Below the pieces are notes generated by a model. The model did no database searches. It was not told the origin of the DNA and saw only the letters and a list, made by a program, of their open reading frames with translations. From the NCBI GenBank assembly GCA_043778225.1, contig JAYWGM010000015.1:1-64000 (forward strand): a DNA stretch of 64,000 nt. Direction: 5' to 3'. Shown here piece after piece: positions 58,962-64,000 of the stretch. This stretch comes from Deinococcales bacterium (GTDB lineage: Bacteria > Deinococcota > Deinococci > Deinococcales > JAAFIG01). Every line of letters begins with the position of its first letter. Position 1 is the stretch's first letter. Made by a program: the position numbers and the translations under genes.

Positions 58962-61900
58962 GTCAAAATTTTAACGAAAATACTGTTGAACAAGCCACGC
59001 TCGAGTGGTTGCGTGGTCTTGGTTACGAGTACGAATTTGGTCCGAGTATTGCGCCAGAAGAAAAACGTGCCGAACGAGCTTCTTTTCGTGAGGTGTTGCT
59101 CCTCGAGCGTTTGCGGGTTGCTTTGCAGCGTTTGAATCCCACTGCTCCTCTAGCGGCACTCGAGGAGGCGGTACGGCGTGTTTCCACACCAGAATTTCCT
59201 GCGTTAATGCAGAACAATCGGGCGTTTCATAGGTTGCTTGCCGAGGGTGTCGAAACCGAGGTGCTGCAAGATGGTGTGTTGCGTGGTGTGCTGGTGCGTT
59301 TGGTGGATTGGGATAATGTGGATGCCAATAATTGGTTGGTGGTTAATCAATTAACGGTTGTGGATGGGCAGATTAACCGTCGTCCAGATGTTGTGGTGTA
59401 CTTGAATGGGTTGCCAATTGCGGTCATTGAACTTAAAAACGCGGCGGATAAGAAAGCCACCATCGAAAATGCGTATCAGCAGCTTAGGACGTATCAAAAT
59501 CAAATTAGTCGATTGTTTGTTTTTAATGCCTTGTTGGTTATTTCCGATGGTGTGCAGGCTCGGCTTGGTTGTGTTGGGGCAGAAATGGAGCGTTTCCAAC
59601 CGTGGAAAACTGTTTCTGGTACAGAATTACTGCCCGAATCTCTGGAGACGCTGATTAAAGGTGTCTTTGACCGTTCGCGTTTACTAGCGTTCCTGCGTGG
59701 TTTTATTGTTTTTGAGGATTTTGGCTCGAGTATTCAAAAGAAAATTGCGGCGTATCATCAGTTCTTCGCGGTGCAAAAAGCCTTGCAGAGTACCGTAGTG
59801 GCTTCAAGTGCGGCTGGCGATGGCAAAGGCGGTGTGGTCTGGCATACCCAAGGAAGCGGTAAGAGTTTAACAATGGTGTTCTTCGCGGGTGGCTTGGTGC
59901 AAAGTGCAGCGCTGGCAAATCCAACCATTGTTATTTTGACAGACCGTAACGATTTAGACGATCAGTTATTTGGGACATTCTCGAGGTGTAAGGATTTGTT
60001 GCGTCAAACGCCTGTACAAGCGGGTAATCGGGCGGATTTGCGGGGGTTACTCGAGCGTGAGGCGGGTGGGGTGGTTTTTACAACCATTCAAAAGTTCTTA
60101 CCCGAGGAACGCGGTGATAAATTCCCAAGGTTATCGGCGCGGCGTAATATCGTGGTTATTGCCGATGAAGCGCATCGCAGTCAGTATGGTTTTGAAGCCA
60201 AAGTGGATTTGCAAACAGGGGATTTGCGTTATGGTTTCGCGCAGAATGTACGCGATGCGCTACCAAACGCTACTTTTCTTGGTTTTACGGGTACGCCAGT
60301 CGAAAGTACCGATAAGAACACCCGAGGTATTTTTGGTGAGTACATTGATATTTACGATGTGCAACGGGCAGTGCAGGACGGCGCGACTGTGCCTATTTAT
60401 TATGAGTCTCGGTTAGCTAAACTCGATTTGCTCGAGTCGGAAAAACCGCGTTTAGATGATGATTTTGAAGAAGTAACCGAGGGCGAAGAAGCCTTTAGTA
60501 AGGAAAAACTGAAATCTAAATGGGCGCAACTCGAGGCGCTGATTGGTACGAAAAAGCGGCTTGAGCAAATTGCAGCCGATTTGGTGCAGCATTTTGAAGC
60601 ACGGCAAGATGTGTTGCTTGGTAAGGGCATGATTGTTTGTATGAGTCGCCGTATTTGTGTGGATTTGTACAATGAACTGATTAAATTGCGTCCGACTTGG
60701 TTTGGTGCGTCTGATACAGAAGGTGTGCTTAAAGTGGTGATGACAGGTGCGGCTTCTGACCCTGACGATTGGCAACCGCATATTCGTTCTAAAGCCAGAC
60801 AGCGTGATATTGCCGAGCATTTTCGGGATGATACTTCCAATCTTAAATTGGTCATTGTGCGTGATATGTGGCTGACAGGTTTTGATGTGCCGTGTTTGCA
60901 CACCATGTACTTGGATAAACCAATGCGTGGACATGGGTTAATGCAGGCGATAGCTCGAGTCAATCGGGTTTTTAGTAATAAGCCAGGTGGTTTGGTCGTG
61001 GATTACCTTGGTTTGGCGAATAATTTGCGTGAGGCATTGGTCACGTACACCAGTAGCGGTGGGCAGGGTGCGCCGACGCTTGACCAAGAAGCGGCTTTTG
61101 CAGTGATGCAGGAAAAACTTTCGATTTGCCGTGGTTTATTTCATGGTTTTGATTACTCGGATTTTATGACTGGTTCACCATCTGATCGGGTGGCGATTCT
61201 GCCCGAAGCTCAGGATTTTATTTTGGCTCAAGATCGCGTAAAAGGTAAGGAACGCCTGATTAAAGCCTCGCTTGAACTTGCCAAAGCCTTTGCGTTGTCT
61301 GTACCACTCGAGGAAGCATTGGCTTTGCGTCAAGAAATTGTGTTTTTTCAGACTGTCCGCGCTATTTTCGAGAAACGCGAAGGTACAACCAATCAAGCTG
61401 CCAGTTCAGATTTGCACGATGCGATTCAGCGTTTGGTTGAACGGGCAGTTGCGCCCGAAGGTGTGATTGATATTTTTGCGGCGGCAGGTTTGAAAAAACC
61501 TGACATCAGTATTTTATCGGATTCTTTTCTGGCAGATGTGCAAAATATGCCGCAACGTAATTTAGCCGTAGAACTGCTCGAGCGTTTAATGAAAGACGAA
61601 GTGAAAACAGGTTCTAAACGCAATTTGGTACAATCCAAGGCTTTTTCGCAAAAACTCGAGGCTGCCTTATTAAAGTATCAGAATCGGGCAATAGAAACAG
61701 CGCAAGTTATTGAAGAACTAATTGCCTTGGCTCGAGCTTACCGTGATGTGCAAAACCGAGGCGAAAGCATGGGGCTTGCCGAAGATGAAATTGCTTTCTA
61801 CGATGCTTTACAAGTCGGCGACCCTAGTCAAATCATGGCGGATGATGTGCTGCGGACTATTGCTTTAGAAGTAGCACAAACTGTGCGGAACAACACCACA

Positions 61901-62059
61901 ATTGACTGGGCGGTGCGTGAACAAGTCCAAGCAAATTTGCGGCGATTGGTTAAACGTGTATTGCGTAAATACGGCTATCCACCTGAGCAGCAAGAAGCAG
62001 CCACAAACACGGTTTTGGAACAAGCCAAATTACTGGCACAATTGAATCAGGAGACGTGA
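58958..62059 (+). CDS. hsdR: Type I RM restriction subunit
   Basis: [12 protein letters not shown]...IELK nuclease, [21 protein letters not shown]. Confidence 0.96.
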   Translation: MSQNFNENTVEQATLEWLRGLGYEYEFGPSIAPEEKRAERASFREVLLLERLRVALQRLNPTAPLAALEEAVRRVSTPEFPALMQNNRAFHRLLAEGVETEVLQDGVLRGVLVRLVDWDNVDANNWLVVNQLTVVDGQINRRPDVVVYLNGLPIAVIELKNAADKKATIENAYQQLRTYQNQISRLFVFNALLVISDGVQARLGCVGAEMERFQPWKTVSGTELLPESLETLIKGVFDRSRLLAFLRGFIVFEDFGSSIQKKIAAYHQFFAVQKALQSTVVASSAAGDGKGGVVWHTQGSGKSLTMVFFAGGLVQSAALANPTIVILTDRNDLDDQLFGTFSRCKDLLRQTPVQAGNRADLRGLLEREAGGVVFTTIQKFLPEERGDKFPRLSARRNIVVIADEAHRSQYGFEAKVDLQTGDLRYGFAQNVRDALPNATFLGFTGTPVESTDKNTRGIFGEYIDIYDVQRAVQDGATVPIYYESRLAKLDLLESEKPRLDDDFEEVTEGEEAFSKEKLKSKWAQLEALIGTKKRLEQIAADLVQHFEARQDVLLGKGMIVCMSRRICVDLYNELIKLRPTWFGASDTEGVLKVVMTGAASDPDDWQPHIRSKARQRDIAEHFRDDTSNLKLVIVRDMWLTGFDVPCLHTMYLDKPMRGHGLMQAIARVNRVFSNKPGGLVVDYLGLANNLREALVTYTSSGGQGAPTLDQEAAFAVMQEKLSICRGLFHGFDYSDFMTGSPSDRVAILPEAQDFILAQDRVKGKERLIKASLELAKAFALSVPLEEALALRQEIVFFQTVRAIFEKREGTTNQAASSDLHDAIQRLVERAVAPEGVIDIFAAAGLKKPDISILSDSFLADVQNMPQRNLAVELLERLMKDEVKTGSKRNLVQSKAFSQKLEAALLKYQNRAIETAQVIEELIALARAYRDVQNRGESMGLAEDEIAFYDALQVGDPSQIMADDVLRTIALEVAQTVRNNTTIDWAVREQVQANLRRLVKRVLRKYGYPPEQQEAATNTVLEQAKLLAQLNQET

Positions 62060-62103
62060 CCTAAGAAGGTACGCTGTACACCTCTAAGTGCTAAAATCTG
62101 TTT

Positions 62104-64000
62104 ATGCCTTTGCAACTTTCGGTCTGCGATTACCCCGAACACCTCCCACCCGAAGAATGGGCGCAATTCCCTAAAAAAATGCGCCAACTGGGGCTAACTT
62201 TTGTGCGAATTGGCGAATTTGCATGGTCAAAGCTCGAGCCAAGCGCTGGGAATTACCAATTTGACTGGCTGGATATTGCCATCGAAGCCCTCCACGCTGA
62301 AGGGCTAAAAGTGGTACTCGGCACGCCAACCGCCACACCGCCAGCTTGGTTGGTGCGTCAATATCCGAGCATTTTGCCTGTAGATATTGAAGGGCGAACT
62401 CGAGAATTTGGCTCGAGACGGCATTATGATTTCTCGAACGATGTCTACTGGCAGCACTCAGCCCGAATTGTCGAGGTCTTGGCAAAACGCTATGGAAATC
62501 ATCCAGCCATGGCTGGCTGGCAAACCGATAACGAATATGGCTGCCATGATACGACCCGCTCGTATAGCCAACAAGCCAAAGAAAAATTTCAGGGCTGGCT
62601 CGAGCAAAAGTACGTCTCGCTCGAGGCGCTGAATACCGCTTGGGGAGCAGTTTTTTGGTCGCAGGAGTACACTGCTTGGGGACAGATTGGCTTGCCAAAT
62701 TTAACCGTTACCGAAGCCAACCCAAGCCATATTTTGGATTTTATGCGTTTCTCGAGTGACCGTGTAGCAAGCTACGACCGAATGCAGACCGAGATTATCC
62801 GCGCTCACAGCCCAAATCGTTTTGTGACCCACAATTATATGATCTTCTTTTCGGATTTTGACCATTACAAGGCTGCTGCACATCTGGATTTTGTGACTTG
62901 GGATAATTACCCGACGGGGATGCTCGAGTTTTTTGCGCCGCATGGTACATCTGAGGAAACCAAGAACAAATTTGCCCGAACTGGACATCCAGATTTGGTG
63001 GCACTTAACCACGATATTTACCGAGGCTTAAAGAATAAGCCGTTTTGGGTTATGGAGCAGCAATGCGGACAGGTCAATTGGTCGCCGTATAATCCGTTGC
63101 CCGCCCCCGGGGCAGTCCAGCTTTGGACACTCCAAGCCATGAGTCATGGGGCAAATGTGGTTTCGTATTTTCGTTGGCAGGCGGCTCGAGAAGCCCAAGA
63201 AGATTATCATTCGGGCTTGTTGCGTCACGATGGCTCAGAAGACCGTGGCTACGCTGAGGTCAAACGCCTTGCGCCGCACCTCGAGAAATTGTCCGATGAA
63301 TTAGCGCCATGCCGTGTTTGTATTTTGCACGATTACGAATCTTTGTGGGCTTACGATGTCCAAAAACACCATGCCGACAGTTCGTATTGGTCGCAGATGA
63401 TGATGTACTACACCGAACTGCGTCAAGTCGGTGTGGATGTGGATGTGCTGCACCCGATGTCAGATTTAAGCGCCTATGGTTTGATTATTGCTCCAGCCTT
63501 GATTATTGGTTCGCTCGAGTTAGCCAATCACCTCGAGCAGTACGCCCAAGCTGGCGCAACCGTGGTTTTTGGTACACGTACAGGGTTTCGTACTTCTACT
63601 GGCGCAGTCCCCAAAGAAAACCCAATGACCAAATTGGCTGGGGTTAAAGTCAAGAACTTCGATAGCCTGCGCCCCGGTTTACACTCGAGCATCGAAGCCT
63701 TTGACCAAAGTTTTGCCACCCACACTTGGAATGAATCGCTCGAGTTACTTGACCCAGACATCCGCGTTTTAGGCACATTTTTTGACGACCCACTGTACAG
63801 CCAAGCTGGCATCACTTACCGACCCATGAACACCGGCGGAATTATGTACATTGGCGTTTGGGGCGAGAAAATCGTTAAGCGCAGCCTCGAGTATGCGCTT
63901 TTTCGGGCTGGCATCAGCCATCAAGAACTCGAGCCGGGTTTGCGCCTGACACGGCGCGGCGGCTTGGTTTATGCCCAAAACTGGACTCGAGGTGGAATTT
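62104..64000 (+). CDS. Beta-galactosidase (GH42), runs off the right edge
   Basis: Manual translation: [13 protein letters not shown]...[49 protein letters not shown]. Confidence 0.93.
   Translation, partial: MPLQLSVCDYPEHLPPEEWAQFPKKMRQLGLTFVRIGEFAWSKLEPSAGNYQFDWLDIAIEALHAEGLKVVLGTPTATPPAWLVRQYPSILPVDIEGRTREFGSRRHYDFSNDVYWQHSARIVEVLAKRYGNHPAMAGWQTDNEYGCHDTTRSYSQQAKEKFQGWLEQKYVSLEALNTAWGAVFWSQEYTAWGQIGLPNLTVTEANPSHILDFMRFSSDRVASYDRMQTEIIRAHSPNRFVTHNYMIFFSDFDHYKAAAHLDFVTWDNYPTGMLEFFAPHGTSEETKNKFARTGHPDLVALNHDIYRGLKNKPFWVMEQQCGQVNWSPYNPLPAPGAVQLWTLQAMSHGANVVSYFRWQAAREAQEDYHSGLLRHDGSEDRGYAEVKRLAPHLEKLSDELAPCRVCILHDYESLWAYDVQKHHADSSYWSQMMMYYTELRQVGVDVDVLHPMSDLSAYGLIIAPALIIGSLELANHLEQYAQAGATVVFGTRTGFRTSTGAVPKENPMTKLAGVKVKNFDSLRPGLHSSIEAFDQSFATHTWNESLELLDPDIRVLGTFFDDPLYSQAGITYRPMNTGGIMYIGVWGEKIVKRSLEYALFRAGISHQELEPGLRLTRRGGLVYAQNWTRGGI

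Noticed and set aside
62040..62103. attR of a tRNA-Ala-integrated element
   Set aside because: No duplicate of the tRNA 3' end is visible and no integrase is present.

Overview
A 64 kb stretch of mostly core chromosome (roughly 50% GC) from what looks like a Deinococcota (Deinococcales-like) bacterium. That assignment is inferred from the SLH/coiled-coil envelope protein, amylosucrase, many leaderless TANNNT-N5-8-ATG starts and an HspR HAIR box. Housekeeping genes include dnaE, purH (with a ZTP riboswitch), a RecQ helicase, rimO, psuG, clpP-clpX-lon, accD-accA, purA, rsmD, cysK, coaD, nrdR, tRNA-Leu(GAG) and tRNA-Ala(GGC). Accessory content includes an MNT-HEPN/GyrB-like/HicB cluster, an ABC-ATPase + DUF4276 pair, a PIN toxin gene broken by a 134-bp hairpin-rich insert, and a tRNA-Ala-adjacent type I restriction-modification operon carrying a YhcG nuclease and a translationally coupled SIR2-domain gene. 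The main unexplained signal is a family of exactly 39-bp structured mini-elements: 7 copies at 4 loci with a covarying stem and AG|G junctions. They occur nested inside each other or in tandem, always sit inside other hairpin repeats, and insert in frame into dnaE and a U32 peptidase gene. The palindrome CTCGAG is strongly over-represented throughout. All calls come from reading the sequence and motifs by eye; no searches were run.
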